A stretch of 64,000 nucleotides of DNA from Chiloscyllium plagiosum (Eukaryota): the NCBI RefSeq assembly GCF_004010195.1, contig NC_057753.1, forward strand, positions 12,761,446 to 12,825,445, in the 5' to 3' direction. The stretch's first letter is position 1; every line of letters begins with the position of its first letter. The notes under the pieces were generated by a model that saw only the letters and a program-made list of their open reading frames with translations, was not told the origin of the DNA and ran no database searches. Of the stretch, positions 12,909-25,444 are shown piece after piece. The translations under genes were made by a program, and so were the position numbers.

Positions 12909-13429
12909 GTGTTTTCTCACGTTCAGGAATTGCATAGCCCACATGGGAAGACTGCAATGCCAGACAGCCAATAGTGAATCTCCCCTCAGTTTTCAAAGCG
13001 ATGAGAACTGCAGAAAACACAGTGCCCACGCCATTTGACCTGAAAACACCTCCATAGCTTTGGATGCAGATTAGGAATGCAAGGACATAACCCTTGCCTT
13101 GACGGCACAATTGTAAAGAACATTTATCAGATCTGGTCAGAGATGAAATTAATATTCACAGAATCTTCAAACTTCGTCACTGTTACTTGATTTTGTCAAA
13201 CTGTGTCTGCACAGTTAACATCTGCAGAAACAGAGAAAGAAACGGAACTTAATGCTTCCATTCTCATTTATTTCTAAACCATCTTATCAAGCTCAGGGAA
13301 TATATTGCAATTCTAGACAAAATACAATTAAGGTGAACATCGCTGACATGTGGGCATTTTGCACCTTGAGAACCTACCGATTAAGCGAGCTGCAGGAGTA
13401 AGGAATGTGTAAATAATAAGAGCTGACAT
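12909..13429 (-). pseudogene. TCR V pseudogene, paralog of the 6548-7008 V
   Basis: Leader 13429-13378 MSALIIYTFLTPAARLI with GTAGGT donor. Exon 2 from 13221 reads VNCADTV*Q..., then LQLCRQGKGYVLAFLICIQSYGGVFRSNGVGTVFSA..EGRFTI, a deletion, and AVWHCSL. Degenerate RSS CCATGTG, 22 nt, AGAAAACAC (12946-12909). Confidence 0.85.
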
Positions 13430-13849
13430 ATTTGCAGACATGATAGCAGGTTTGAACAGAGGAAGACGAAACTGAATGGTTTCAGATCACAGCATACTTG
13501 AGTCGTATCCAGTCTCACTGCCAATTGGATATTTTTTGACAGAATGACAAGTTGACTCTCAATCAGCTCACAGACGTTTTCTTCTTCAGTCCATTACGTC
13601 AAATATATCATCAAAGCAATATTGAAGGCAGGAGCTCGAGAAGGTCATTTGGCACATTCAATTTGTTGGTCCACCCATTAAGATTTATCTACCTCACGCA
13701 TACTTTCCAGCAGTTGTTCCAAACCTGTTTCCTTTAGCATGTAATAATCCATCAACATCGGAACGATGACTGTTTGGGATATTGAATGGTGATGAAACTA
13801 CTATTTTTAAAATCTCAATTAGAGTCAGCGAGTCATCGAAATGTCCATC

Positions 13850-14410
13850 ACGTAAACAGACGTTTTGGTCCAACTCATCCATGCCGTTCAGATATCTTCA
13901 GCTAATCTTGTCTCATTTTAGAGAACTTGGCTCATATCCCTCTAAACCATTCCTATTCATACACCAATGCTGATCCATTTTAATTGTTTTAATTGCATCA
14001 GCCTCTACCACGTCCTCTCACAGCTCATACCAGGCACGCACCACCTTCTCTGTGAAAAATTTGCACATTAGGTCCCTTTTAAGTGATTCCCCTCTCACCA
14101 TAAACCTATGCTCACTCGTTCTGGACACTTCCACCCCAGGGAAAAGATCTTATCCATTTACCCTGTCCATGCCCCTCATGACTTTATAAACCTCTCTCAG
14201 GTCACCGCTCAGCCTCTGACGGTTCAGGAAACAAAACAGCCCAGCCTATAGAGTCATACGGCACAAAAACAGTTCCTTCACTCCAAACACTCCATGTGGA
14301 TCATCAACCAAAACTAAACTGGTCCTAACTACCTTAGCTTGGCCCATATCCCCCCCAAAGCTTTCTTATTCATGTCCTTATCCAAATGGCTTTTTAAAAT
14401 TGGAATTGAG
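13850..14410 (-). mobile_element. Nested CR1-type LINE 3' end fragments
   Basis: Reverse complement of the CR1 3' region seen at 8480-8830 (GGTGACCTGAGAGAGGTTTATAAA, GGGATATGAGCC), with a second 3' UTR copy at 14250-14400. Confidence 0.75.
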
Positions 14411-14424
14411 AAGATTGAGAAGAT

Positions 14425-14723
14425 TACGTTATAAGAAGATTACATTACAGTGTGGAAACAGGCCCTTCGGCCCAACAGGTCCACACCGACCCGCCGAAGC
14501 GCAACCCACCCATACCCCTACATTTACCCCTTACCTTACACTACGGGCAATTTAGCATGGCCAATTCACCTGACCTGCAAATCTTTGGACTGTGGGAGGA
14601 AACCGGAGCACCCGGAGGAAACTCATGCAGACACGGGGAGAATGTGCAAACTCCACACAGTCAGTCGCCTGAGGCGGGAATTGAATCCGGGTCTCAGGCG
14701 CTGTGAGGCAGCAGTACTAACCA
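14425..14723 (-). mobile_element. Young HE1-like tRNA-derived SINE
   Basis: Minus strand: tRNA-like head (TGGTTAGTACTGCTGCCTCACAGCGCC..GATTCAATTCCCGCC), V-SINE-like core (TGTGTGGAGTTTGCACATTCTCCCCGTGTCTGC), and LINE-like tail GGGCCGAAGGGCCTGTTTCCACACTGTAATGTAATC. Confidence 0.88.
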
Positions 14724-15053
14724 ATGCGAATTGTTTGCGCATTCACCACTTCGTCTGTCAGTTCATTCCACATACAGACCACTCTCCGTCAAAATTTTGC
14801 TTCCCCTGCCTTTTATTTTATTGGAGTCAATTTTTGATTTGTGTCAATGATGCATAATGAAGAATGTTGGTGTGTTATCATTGACGGAAAATGCCATTAA
14901 ACCACTTGCTCGCTGACCATCAACTGAACATGCAGCTGCTGTAAGGAGGGACTTAAGGCAAGCTGTACTTTGTATTGGGCATTTGATTGTACTGACAATT
15001 CATAATAATAGTCACAGATCTGATACATTGAGGGGAAGTGAGAATGTCCTGTC

Positions 15054-15525
15054 GATTTTTGTACAGGATGACTGGGTCTCTGAATCAGAGTGGAGCTCAG
15101 TGCACAGTGGTAGTCAGCAGAGTCAGACTGACGAGTTCCAGTAATTCTTAAAGGGACCTCTTGTTTATCTTCATCTAAGTTGGCAGAAAACCTGTCAAGG
15201 AGATCAGGGGAGGTAAACCCATCTTCCTTATTGTACCTCCTCAGTAAATATATCGGAGCTTTGCTGGGATACTGGATGTACCAAAAGAGAGCACGAACCA
15301 GTGTTGTTCTGTAATTACAGTTCAGTATTACCGTTTGTCCTTCCTGAACCGTTAATTGAGACGTTTTCTGGGAAATTTAATCTTGACCACTTGCTCCTGA
15401 AACTAATATGGAAAGGTGTTAAAATCATTGAGAGTGAGTGCACCGAAGAAACACTCAGTGATGGTTTTGTTCAGACTCACCGGCAACACTGTCATGATTA
15501 ACAGTAACGCTCTCAGGGAACACAT
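15054..15525 (-). pseudogene. TCR alpha-type V, near-intact pseudogene (leader 15525-15481; V exon 15396-15093; RSS 15092-15054)
   Basis: Leader MCSLRALLLIMTVLP is 45 nt (phase 0). V exon reads ASGQD*ISQKTSQLTVQEGQTVILNCNYRTTLVRALFWYIQYPSKAPIYLLRRYNKEDGFTSPDLLDRFSANLDEDKQEVPLRITGTRQSDSADYHCALS. RSS CACTCTG, 23 nt, ACAAAAATC. Confidence 0.9.
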
Positions 15526-16762
15526 GTCTTCAGGATTAATCTCAAATATCACACTTTGAAAGACAAACTTTGGCACTTTGTCTTAATTTTTTCCAATCAA
15601 CCTGTTCAGATTGGTTATGAATGTTATGGCATGGAACTTAAAACCAGGGCTCCCACAGCACCAAAGACTTCAGTCTGATATCAGCGATTGAGCTCAGAAA
15701 AGGCAAAGACTTCTTTTATTAGTCAATTGAAGGGCGTTACACTGTGCTGTGATTGGTTGGATTCTCAGATCCAACAATGCCAGTGAGCCAGCCACTATTG
15801 ACTTAGCGGCTATGTCTGCTACCTCTAAGATCAGTGATATGCAGTCGCTGAGATCAGTAATGTTTTGAATCTTGCCCCAAAGTTTCAGAATCTTTGAGAA
15901 GTGGAAACATCCTCGCAACATCTCCAGTGACATCGTTGCTTATGACAATGTGTGTTTCGTACAGATCAACGCCCAGCTTTGGTTTGCCAATGCTTGAAAA
16001 GTATCTCTTTTGGTTGTTAGCATTTCACATCTCCCACACTGACAGGGAGTGGTCAGAGGGAGAGAAAACGTGCACAGACGCTCTATTTCCACATTCCTTC
16101 TCTGTACATTTTCTCTTAAACTCAGCCTTTTCTGCTTTCCGGGTACTGGCAGCGTAGAGGGAACTTTTTTGGTAGGTGTTTTCCGCAAGATGTTCTATGA
16201 TATTTTTAATGGAACAGTGCGGGGATGGGGTGGTGAATTCTGTGCTGAGTCAATTCATTTTGACTTCTGGAAAGAGTGATTATGGCGGGTATTTTATTTC
16301 ACATCCTCCCTGCGTTGGGGTTGACGGCATTTGATGCAAATTTGGCGAAGGTTTTTCTGAGTATCTAACGTTTTCCTTCTGCTTGATCTTTTCAGGACTT
16401 ATTGATGAACAATGTTAATTAAAAAAAACTTCATGAGGAACACACATACAAGGAGAAAATATTCATCCTTTTCGCGATTTGTGCAGTCCAGGCTGGACAT
16501 ATACTTGTAGAAATCTATCTGATCAGTGTAAATGATCATGTACTGTATTGTTTGAATGACATTGCGACCAGAGAACAGAGGCAAGTAATCTCAGAATTGA
16601 TACATATATACAAAGTCAAAATACATCTTTGAATGCAGGAGCCATCATAATAACAATCAACGCTATGACAATGAGAATGATTTAGTGGAAAGAAAATATA
16701 GTCAATTTTTTTTCAGTACTATTTATGAAGAAAATTAAAGTCATTGTTTAAAAGACAGTATT

Positions 16763-16777
16763 CCACTGGATGGCGCT
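16763..16777 (+). promoter_or_regulatory. Candidate CTCF binding motif
   Basis: CCACTGGATGGCGCT is one mismatch from the CCACYAGRTGGCRC core. Motif match only. Confidence 0.4.
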
Positions 16778-18049
16778 GTCAGTTTACCGATGTCAACCCT
16801 GACAGCTGGCATTATACGAATCATCTTTGCATCTGGAGTTCGCTCTGTACCATGTGTCAATGAAAATGCCAGCTGGTTGAAGCCATACCCAGTAATGATT
16901 GCTTGAGGTTGTTTGATCCCTGCCAACTCAGTCTGAGGAGTTATATGCAGGAGTTACTCGAACGAATGACAAGAACCCACTTCTTTCACCTGCCTCATCA
17001 ATGACTCTCCTTCCTTCATTGAATCAGAGATAGCAGGCCCAGGGACTGAAATTACAGATCTAGGGGTTGTTCCCTCACTGGGCACATGGCATCAAAATGT
17101 CCCCACTGTGTGATCCTGTGAGACAATAAAGGATTTGAGCCTTGCTTCTGAACCTTCTACATTGCCTTGTCCTGGGCTCCAAGAAGCCGACATGTTCCAT
17201 GACGCTCGTGCAGTATTTACACTAATTGTATGCAAATGCAGCGAGACCTGATTAGCATTTGAGCCTGATCCGAAACATTTGCAATACGATCTTCAACAAA
17301 AGATGGTCCAACCACCATCATTGGATTTCAATACCATTGCCTAACTGAAATGGCACCTTCAAAGTCCTGGTGGGTTCCATTCATCAGAAACTCGACCAGC
17401 CATATAAATGTGATTAAATGAGGAGTTCACAATATAGGAACAAGCAAATGATTCACCCCCTCTCTTCCGATGATACATGTCATCGGCTGCAAGGTCAGAA
17501 GTCAGATATGTGATAGCATACTCTTCACTTATCGTGAACAGTGCAGCTCTTGCGACACCAAGGAACCTCGACAACATTCAAGACAAAAGATTTCAGGGCC
17601 GCTGTCAGGGGAGAACAGATCTTCACTGTAACGAAAATGCTTGCTTTGAAATCATATTAGCTTTGTATGAAGTAAATTGTTGTAATTATGCTTAAAGGGG
17701 AGACATGCAATTGATAGCGTTCTAAAAAGCAACAGATATCATAGAAAATGACTTATAAAGATAATTTGTATGATCCCAGTTGTATGAATGCAATTCACAA
17801 GCACACTTGTTCAATGTTAGATTTAGATAAGTAAGTTGTTACTTGCTGATTTTAAAGTTGGTTACAGAGATTTATTTTTATTTATCCAGTAGAATTTGCC
17901 GCATGACAGGCTACACCACAGTTCATGTTTGATTTTTACTGAGTAAAGTCGAGGTACGCCTCTTTGGGTGTTTCCATTTTAGTTTTCAGAGGAGGTGGGT
18001 CAACCTCCACTTGCAACAATTGTCACACATTTCCAAACCATGATTTTTG

Positions 18050-18500
18050 TTTTGATTCATGTGTGGAAATTGGTCATTGCTGAAGACAAGTATTTGTTGG
18101 CCATCACTAATTTCCACTGATCAGTGTTGTTCACAGTGCAATTTCAGAAGACAGTTAAGAGTCAACTGCATTCCTGTGGATCTGAAGTCACAAACGTGTG
18201 TGAACACATGAGGAGGCATCCTCCTTCCCCACCTGGCATCATTGAACCATTTTTGAAATCACTGCAATTGCCATTAATCGGCATGCTCTCCACGCCAAGG
18301 CTTTTTTTTTAAATTGTAAGATTACTGTATGAACTAAAGTTCTAACAGCTGATGTAGTGAGATTTGAAGACGCACAAACTGCGGCATGGTCCCAGAGTTT
18401 CCCACCTGGCCTTGTTAAAATACTGATTTCAACAGTTGCAATTTTAGTCAACAAATTGATGACACGACACCCATGGTGTTACCTTTGGGATTAGGTCACT
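18050..18500 (-). mobile_element. Old SINE-like repeat (same class as 47820-48145 and 58480-58815)
   Basis: The reverse complement shares the GGGCAATAAATGCTG..CCCACAT-type 3' end and internal blocks with the plus-strand copies. Confidence 0.5.
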
Positions 18501-18559
18501 TTTTATTTGATTTATTGTAGACTCATAAAACTAAGTACGGTAAGAAGTTCTGTTTTGCG

Positions 18560-18910
18560 AACAGTACAGACAGATCACAGCAAACAAGATGGTGCTTAGC
18601 CAGAGCGAAGGATAGGTGGGTACTGCTCCACATGAGGTATACAAAACATTAGGAAGATCATTATTTTTTGAACATCTACTCAGAATTCCATTAACGGTAG
18701 GGAAGAAGTCGATCTTGAACCCTTTTGTGAGTGTTGAAGTTTCTGTATCTTTTGAATGACAGAAGAGATAGGAGGAGAGCATTACGTGTCTGGGAGAGAT
18801 CTTTAATGATATTGACAGCCTTTCTGTGGCAACGAGGTGTAAATGGAATCCAGGGATGGGTGTTTGGTTGCCGTGATGGTCTGAGCTGTGCATACCAACT
18901 TTCTGTGGAA
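18560..18910 (-). mobile_element. Rex1/Babar-like LINE 3' end
   Basis: Minus frame KAVNIIKDLSQTRNALLLSLLSFKRYRNF resembles the Rex1 C-terminal KAxxIIKDxSHP..LLPSGRRYRS motif. Confidence 0.65.
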
Positions 18911-19309
18911 CATGTTGAATTCAGTGATGGAAAAATATTCAAATCTGGCTGAACTCCTGAAGTTAATACTTAAAAATAAGAGACTGGATCTTCAAAACAT
19001 AAATAAGCTTTTTTTTTAAATTAGGAATAGTGTTTGGAATTTTCTTCTTCCGCAAAAGACAATCAACGTAGTGTCCACGAACATTTTCAGGATTGAAATG
19101 TCCGGATTCTTGCCAAACAAGAGAGTGAAGTCTTATTGATGAGGTAGGAAGATCAGGTGATCAAATCAGCCATGATATTACTGAAAGACCGAGAAGCATG
19201 GACGGCCTCAGGAATTGTGCTAGCACAAACGTCCGGATGTATTTCCTATAGAGAATCTCAGGGATTCAAACACTTGCATTTCCTCAAACTCATAATTGAC
19301 TTGTGTTCA

Positions 19310-19874
19310 CAATACACGTGCCATCAAAGTGCAGTAATACAGGGTGCTGGCTTTCATCCCAACATTTTCGTCAACCGTTGTAAGTTTCTCATGCGTGTCT
19401 GGGATTCCCAGTAGAATGTTCAATGCTGGGAGCCGTTTCTGGCTCTAAGGAGTTAGCGTGTATACTCACAGTAATAGAACAGATCGTGCTGTGCAAATGA
19501 ATTCGATCCTGAGTAATCACAGCTTCTCGCTGAATTTTCATCTGCTTCTGCAATGACTCCTTTTGTGACTGGGGCACTGAGTCTCCATTGATCATCCCTG
19601 AAAACAGCGAGCACCCAGTGGGTTGAAGTAAGGAAGGGAAAATAAATAAGTACATCGAAATGATGACAAGCAGTAGCATGAACGCTAGGAAATTATGAAG
19701 AATGATTTTAAAAAAAACTGTTATCAGGGAGATAACCAGAGTCAGGCAGAGCTTCACAGACATAATGATCAGTGTCTGTCTAAGTCTGGAAATGGATAAC
19801 ATTCGAAAAAAGGGAAAGCATTTGATCGACTCAGACAGGGCAATGACCAAAATTAGGCAAATATTCACGCACAT
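19310..19874 (-). pseudogene. TCR V pseudogene with two tandem leader exons
   Basis: Leaders MCVNICLILVIALS (ATG 19874) and MSVKLCLTLVISLIT (ATG 19763), both with damaged donors. Exon 2 from 19597 reads GMINGDSVPQ, then shifted frames SCDYSGSNSFAQHDLFYYC and STLYYCTLM (YYC 19339-19331). Only a heptamer remnant remains. Confidence 0.75.
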
Positions 19875-20892
19875 GGTTCCAGTGTGACCACGTCTAAGAG
19901 AAATAAAAAGAGTAATCAGCGTCTGTTCTGATTTGGAAATGCAGAATTTCAAACTGCATGGGGGATATTATGTTATCGACTCTAATTCACGTGCTCTGCC
20001 TGTTTTACATCCTCAGACAACCACATTGTGTCGAAACCGTTCGTGATCTATCTTAACTGATCAGAGAGCGCTCTGTCATGGACCAAGTGACAGTAGCCCG
20101 ATGCTATCGTCTGCACAGTGAATTGACATGAATGGGAGACGTTGGGAGTTGTGTTCCAGCGCATATTTCAATTGCTGTCATTTTTAAAACCCTGTTCTTC
20201 TTCTTTTGGATGTGAGGGAGACAGATGCTTGATAAATATTTGGGAGGTGGGTGTGGGTGAGACATCGTGCTTGGCTTTGCTGAGGAATGATACTTGGGCC
20301 CTTGGGCTGACAGACAGTTTAGAGTGGGCGAGGAGATTTCCTGTTTGGTATGTGGTGGTGTGGTGTTGGGATTCCTTTGCACTGTTTATGGTGAGTATTG
20401 TAAACGTTATAGGAGGGAGTTATATTTTGATGGAAAAATGCAGCTGCAGAGAAAAGGAGTAAGATTCAATTATGATGCAGAAATTTAAAACTAGTTTGAG
20501 TCTTTACTAACGACGCTGTAATTTCCTAATATAATCATCAATCTGTGTCTCACCTGGAAAGTTAAATCATGCATTTGGGTAAAACGGGACTGGTGAAAGT
20601 AAATAGCTCAGTTGTCGTCGGCTTCAACGTGAATGCGTTTCCGAATTTTTCATAAAGCTGAATTCAAATTAGATTGAACCTCTTAAAACATTCCACTCGG
20701 GTCTGCAAAATATGTTTTCTCATCGCAAATGCATTGCCATGAGCTTATTATATTACGTGTATTTCATCCTCGTGGAAGCTAATTCAAAATCTTATCTAAT
20801 TTGTAAGGGCCACGCACGAGGACCTGACTTTATTTAACGTCATAATGTTAGCAGAAGCTATTTCGAGTTCTGTAACTGTTTATTATTCCTGT

Positions 20893-22130
20893 TATAGACA
20901 ATAGGTGCAGGAGTAGGCCATTCTGCCCTTCGAGCCAGCACCACCGTTCATTATGATCATGGCTGATCATCCTCAATCAGTATCCTGTTCCTGCCTTATC
21001 CCCATAACCCTTGATTCCACTGTCCTTAAGAGCTCTATCCAACTATTTCTTGAAAGTATCCAGAGACTTGGCCTCTACAGCTTTCTGGGGCAGAGCATTC
21101 CATACACCCACAACTCTCTGGGTAAAGTAGTTTCTCCTCAACTCTGTTCTAAGTGGCCTACCCCTTATTCTTAAACTGTGCCCTCTGGTTCTGGACTCAC
21201 CCATCAGCAGAAACATGCTTCCTGCCTCCACAGTGTCCAATCATTTAATAATCTTATAAGTCTCAATCAGATTCCCCCTCAGCCTTCTAAACTCAAGCGT
21301 ATGCAAGCGCAGTCACTCCAATCTTTCAGCGTATGATAATCCCGCCATTCGGGGACTTGACCTCGTGAACCTTCGCTGCACTCCCTCAATAGCCAGAATG
21401 TCTTTCCTCAAATTTGGAGACCACAATTGCACACTATATTCCAGTTGCGGTCTCACCGGGGCCCTGTACAGCTGCAGAAGGACCTCTTTGCTTCTATACT
21501 CAATTCCTCTTGTTATGAAGGCCAGCATGCTATTAGCTTTCTTCACTGCCTGCTGCACCTGCATGCTTGCTTTCATTGACTGATGGACAAGAGCACCTAG
21601 ATCTCTTTGTACTGCCCCTTTACCTAACTTGACTCCATTAAGGTAGTAATCTGCCTTCCTGTTCTTGCCACTAAAGTTGATAACCACACATTTATCCACA
21701 TTAAACTGCATCTGCCATGCATCCGTCCACTCACTTAGCCTGTCCAGCTCACCCTGTATTCTCCTAACATCCTCCTCACATTTCACTCTGCCACCCAGCT
21801 CTGTGTCAGCAGCAAATTTTCTAATAATACTTTTAATACCTTCAGCTATATCATTAATGTACATTGTAAAAAGCTGCAGACCCAGCACTGATCCCTGCGG
21901 CACACCACTGGTCACCGCCTGCCATTCCGAAAGGTAGCCGTTTGTCACTACTCTTTGTTTCATGTCAGCCAAACAATTTTCAATCCATGTCAGTATTTTG
22001 CCCCAAGACCATGTGCCATAATTCTGCTCACTAATCTCCTATGTGGGACTTTATCAAAGGCTTTCTGAAAGTCCATGTATACTCCATCCACTGGATCTTC
22101 AGAGTTACATCCTCAAAAAATTCCAGAGGA
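20893..22130 (-). mobile_element. Relatively young CR1-type LINE (5'-truncated)
   Basis: 219-aa open RT segment 21972-21313 (KQRVV..SGVPQGSVLG..LFTMYIND..KFAADT..WQMQFNVDKC), followed by the C-terminal region and 3' UTR. Confidence 0.93.
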
Positions 22131-22299
22131 TGCACACTCTGCAAGGGAACTGACTGTAACCCAATCTCACATTGAAGCCCAGCTCCTGATTTCCAGTTTC
22201 ACTGAGCCAGTGGTGGCAAAAGATAGTCCAGTGATGACATGTCCAAATATATCAGCAACTTGCAAGAGCAGGGTTTGGATATATCAACTCCCAACACCC

Positions 22300-22780
22300 A
22301 ACTGTCATTTAGCATTGTAGTTAGTCGTCATTTGGGTTATTTTGGGCGTGTTCCTAACAGGTACGTGTTGTTGTGTTAACTCGGAATGCTCTAACAAACT
22401 AAACCGGTGCATCCCCTGAGTTACTCTGTCCGAGTCCAAATATATTTTTAGACGTAATGCATTCTCAGTTATGTCAGATCCGAGACATGGAGATTCTGCA
22501 CTTAGCTATACTGCTCAGATTTTGGGACAGAAATGGAAGCGGTGACATCGACTTTCAAATAAACTACATAGATGTACTGTATATAATATTGACACCTACA
22601 CCACATTAACATATACCTTTGGAATCCACCGTAGCTATCTAGGATGTCGAGATTTTGCGACAAATTATTTAACTGAGAAGCTTCAGAAGCGTAATACATT
22701 CACCTGTTCGACTGTCTGTGGGCGATATTAATTGACTGTCCTGTATCTCTACACGTTCATGCAAGAATGCATTCCCATTG
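22300..22780 (+). pseudogene. Highly decayed TCR alpha-type V relic
   Basis: Leader-like LVVIWVILGVFLT(G) ending at 22360 with GTACGT donor; acceptor near 22477. Remnants across frameshifts: HGDSAL, GTEMEAVT, RDFATNYLTEKLQKRNTFTCSTVCG. No intact YYC or RSS. Confidence 0.55.
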
Positions 22781-23347
22781 ATGTTCAAAACTAGAGGTGG
22801 GAGCTCTCTCTGTGGGAGTTGAATCTCTGTGGAATCTCAGGCACATACACCCAGAAACAGTCAGTAAATTCTTCAGGGGAAAATCAGAAAATAAAATCCA
22901 GACTCCATTCTCTTTTAAATATAGGCCGAGGTTATATATACTTGCCTAATACCCGGTGTACTGGGATGTTATTTATGTCTGATCGATGCATTGGAAATGC
23001 ATCAATGACACCGCCTCTAAAGTGACCATGTGAATAAGTTCACGTTGTTGTCAGTTTACATGGTGCTTTGTGTCACTGGCCTCTGATCGAATTCTTGATG
23101 AGCTTCAAATTGTGGTAGTGTAGCAGCGAATATACACCAGTCCAGTATGGTACTGTACAGCACATGTATAAGATGGTGGAAACAGGAAAGAAACTATTCC
23201 ATCAGAAATGTATTATTTTCCCTCCAGATATTACATCTCCTACTGTTGCTGCAAACTTCTTCTGAATAGACTTGATACCTGTCAAAGCACACTTCGGAGC
23301 AAATTTCAAATATGTTGAAATTATATCAAAATGGATACTGAGACAGA

Positions 23348-23483
23348 NNNNNNNNNNNNNNNNNNNNNNNNNNNNNNNNNNNNNNNNNNNNNNNNNNNNN
23401 NNNNNNNNNNNNNNNNNNNNNNNNNNNNNNNNNNNNNNNNNNNNNNNNNNNNNNNNNNNNNNNNNNNNNNNNNNNNNNNNNNN
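23348..23483. other. Assembly gap (136 N)
   Basis: Run of N. Confidence 1.
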
Positions 23484-23499
23484 CAATTAAAAATAGACA

Positions 23500-24335
23500 A
23501 GTGTACATTGAGACATAGAGTCGTACAAATAATGTTACAGTCAAGCATTCTTTGGACGACCAAAACTACGCTGAACAATAACAAGCATTTAACTTCCAAC
23601 ACAGTCTCATCTTCCAACACTTGGTATATTTCTTGGTATTACTTCGCATTGTTAGTACATGTCGGAAGATTTCGCAAGCATTTACAGTGTTTGTTTTTAC
23701 CTCTACCACACTCAATGACTGACTTGGGCGTCTGGCAAACAGCTGGCTGAATAAAAAAAGAGTTCGCATTTTTGGTGACCCCACTGCCTGTTCCATTAAA
23801 TTTCTTCAGCAGTCACAGAAGCGTCCACCAATGGGAAACATTCATTCCTGTCCATTCTAGCTGCATTCATTCTTGCTCTTTCGATCTCTGCTCCTCATAC
23901 TTTGTGACATGCTAATCATGACTGCTGAATGTCCTATATTCGAATGAAAATAAACAAGTCTGTCCATGCATTCTTCCTAACTAGAAATCTTCAGCCAAGT
24001 CAACATCTAGTAAATCTTCTCTGCACGCGCAATAAAATCCTTTCTATATTGAGGATTCCAAAACTGAACACAACAATTTCGCAGCAGCCAAATCAGCATT
24101 ACATGCCATTCCACCATGAGTTCACCGTTCTTAGCTCCATGATTTAACTAATAAACCTAACTGCACCGTAACTATCATAGGTATTCTACTACCTAAATGG
24201 ACCAGTGGACAGGCACGCCAAGGTCTCACTGGTCCTCAGTGCTTTGCAATGTCCCATGTCATTATTCAATCCTTTGCCTTGTTTGTCCTGCCCACGTGCA
24301 TGACCTCGCATTTAGGAAGTTTGATCTCAATTTGC
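23500..24335 (-). mobile_element. Old CR1-like LINE fragments
   Basis: Reverse-strand similarity to the CR1 3' region (AAATGCGAGGTCATGCAC, AGTGAGACCTTGG). Confidence 0.55.
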
Positions 24336-24406
24336 CGCTAAGTAGTGACAATCAACGATGATATGGAATTGTGTCTACCCACTTCAGATACAAGATAGCA
24401 CCCAAA

Positions 24407-24438
24407 TGTGTGTCTGTGTGTGCGTGTGCGTGTGTGTG
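24407..24438. repeat. (TG)n/(TGCG) microsatellite
   Basis: TGTGTGTCTGTGTGTGCGTGTGCGTGTGTGTG. Confidence 0.85.
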
Positions 24439-25444
24439 CCTGGGTGCATACGTCCCTCATCTGGTAGCTTTCTTTATCACTGTCAACCATGTTACATTTA
24501 TCAGTCTCTTCTGTTGGTTTATCGGTGTACAATTCAGCGCCTTCTTATCCCCTTCTGATAGCGTCTCCCTCGCCTTATTTGGGTTTCAGATTCTTTCGCT
24601 CCTTCTGTTGCAATCTCTCTGTATCAACGTACTCAACTTCACTTTGATTGAGAGACGACAATTTAACAAAATTGAGTTACAGACGACACATTCCACCTTA
24701 ATTTCTAATGCCTTTTGTCGAAATGCAAGGTGCTGAAAGGAACTGAAAGAGCGGGACAGATATTCTGAGTGAGTACTGCGAAACGTAAATAGGTTCTTTC
24801 TTTAATTTTTGCACACGATTGTGGGCATGGGTGGATGTTTTTTGCCTATCCCTCCAGTTATCTGCAACATAGAGATGCTAACGTTGGACTGTGGTGGACA
24901 AAGTTAGAAGGATGATGACAGCAGGTTAGAATCCAGCAGCTTTATTTAAAATCACAATATTTCTTAGTACTGCTCCTTTTGTTGGAATATAGCCTGGTAT
25001 TGGCAGAGCTCTGACTGAAGCAAAGAGAGAATTACCTTGCTGTTTGTCTGGTGTCACACCCAGGCTTTGTCAGACTAGGCGAGGAAGACAATTTCGTTCC
25101 CTATACCTTTTCATTCACCCAGATTTTCTATCCTGACAAGTGATTCGAGGTCATCATTAATTATTAATAACAGCTTTTTTTTGCTGATTTATGGTCTGCA
25201 ACGGCAGGATTTGAATCCCTTTACCGAGAATATTACCTCACACTTTCATCACATATCCTATTGATCATACCACAAGGAGTTCCCCTTTTGGTACGTTCGT
25301 TATGAAGGTGAAGCTGATCTGCGTTGATAGAGGTGCTGAGGGTTACGTTTGACCTTATGTACAGTGATGTGGGAAATGGGATTTGAGGTGCCTGCACTCA
25401 GAGAAGGGCAGTTTGTGATGCCACGAGGACTTTCATGTGAGGTG

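Noticed and set aside
13594-13601. CRE-like TTACGTCA upstream of a V leader
   Set aside because: Plausible TCR V promoter element, but an 8-mer upstream of a pseudogene that is not clearly conserved in its paralog.
15660-15880. Possible extra plus-strand V relic (V*YQ...ATIDLAAMSATSKISDMQ)
   Set aside because: No cysteines, leader or RSS; it overlaps the promoter side of the 15525 V; the similarity may be chance.
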